A stretch of 64,000 nt of DNA from a virus, in the IMG/VR virus record IMGVR_UViG_3300046468_002660, one strand, 5' to 3'. A program made the position numbers and the translations under genes. Each line of letters starts with the position of its first letter. The stretch's first letter is position 1. The notes beneath the pieces were generated by a model. It made no database searches. It worked only from the letters and a program-made list of their open reading frames with translations, and was not told the DNA's origin. Below, piece by piece: positions 63,412 through 64,000 of this stretch.

Positions 63412-64000
63412 ATGACACAAATACTAGGTTTAACTTGCATCAGTGAAGAGTTGAAGGATAGAGACAAGAAGAAATATTCTTTTCGTACAATGACTCGTAA
63501 AAGATTTAATGACTTGTGTAACCAAGAAAGTAGAGATGAAGCAGTCAATCAATTATCTGAAAGAGTTTTGCACAATGTTATTGTTACTCAATATATTGTC
63601 AATCATTGTCATTCCTCAAATATTAGGCATTATCGTCTTAGTTCTGCTCTTTTTCCTCTCCTTACCGATAAAACTTTGGACATCTCTTTTGAAGATTTGC
63701 CTCACAAAGCTAGAATCGAAGGAGAATTAGAACTTATTGGATTAATCGCTAAAAAGTTCGACATCTCAATAGGTTCGCATCCCGATCAATTCAATGTTCT
63801 TGCGTCTACTGACAGAGAAAAAGTTGATCGCACAATAAATGAACTAAATTTTCAAGCTAGTGTTCTTGATATGATCGGGTTGCCTCAAGATCATACTACT
63901 CCAATGAATATTCACATAAACTATACTCCAAAAACGGATGAAAGTTTAGAAATAGTTGCAACTAGATTTTTTCGCAATCTTTCTATGTGCGACAAGGGTG
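63412..64000 (+). CDS. uvsE: UV-damage endonuclease (3'-truncated; not in ORF track)
   Basis: Manual translation: LGLTCIS, FRTMT, HYRLSSALFP, GSHPDQFNVLAS, MNIH. Confidence 0.9.
   Translation, partial: MTQILGLTCISEELKDRDKKKYSFRTMTRKRFNDLCNQESRDEAVNQLSERVLHNVIVTQYIVNHCHSSNIRHYRLSSALFPLLTDKTLDISFEDLPHKARIEGELELIGLIAKKFDISIGSHPDQFNVLASTDREKVDRTINELNFQASVLDMIGLPQDHTTPMNIHINYTPKTDESLEIVATRFFRNLSMCDKG

Noticed and set aside
63315-63730. ORFs 63315-63548(-) and 63509-63730(+)
   Set aside because: Overlap the uvsE frame starting at 63412

Overview
AT-rich, gene-dense segment that reads best as part of a large (jumbo/huge) dsDNA bacteriophage genome in the standard genetic code. The host is probably an aquatic PVC-superphylum bacterium (Verrucomicrobia most likely), judged from a ClpC with an NFTPR N-terminus, a Tat-signal DUF1501 gene, an ECF sigma factor and a Gcw_chp-like outer-membrane protein; this is inference. 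Contents: (i) the 3' end of a large Pro/Thr-repeat, acidic, Cys-rich surface-type protein; (ii) a replication/recombination block: RecA, DnaB, DnaG, a Cas4/RecB-like nuclease, Pol III alpha split into PHP + DEDDh exonuclease + DnaE core, an SSB-like protein, RuvB and UvsE; (iii) a proteolysis set: ClpC directly followed by a tmRNA, plus an ATE/Bpt-like aminoacyl-protein transferase; (iv) a large glycan-tailoring set: about 10 glycosyltransferase-like genes, an epimerase, an oxidoreductase/aminotransferase/acetyltransferase trio, methyltransferases, a sulfotransferase, an APS-kinase fusion and LicD; (v) a compact phosphonate operon (cytidylyltransferase-PepM, split Ppd, Fe-ADH); (vi) tRNA-Thr(UGU), sigma/HTH regulators, HNH endonucleases, a Cys-less QueF homolog and an AdoMetDC homolog. 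Two promoter classes are visible, both close to start codons (leaderless or near-leaderless): sigma70 TTGACW-N17-TANNNT, and a recurring GTGTA(A/T) motif typically 14-15 nt upstream of starts. Best candidate for a new system: a phage-encoded phosphonate/sulfate/amino-sugar glycan-decoration pathway. All functional calls come from motif recognition by eye; no database searches were run.
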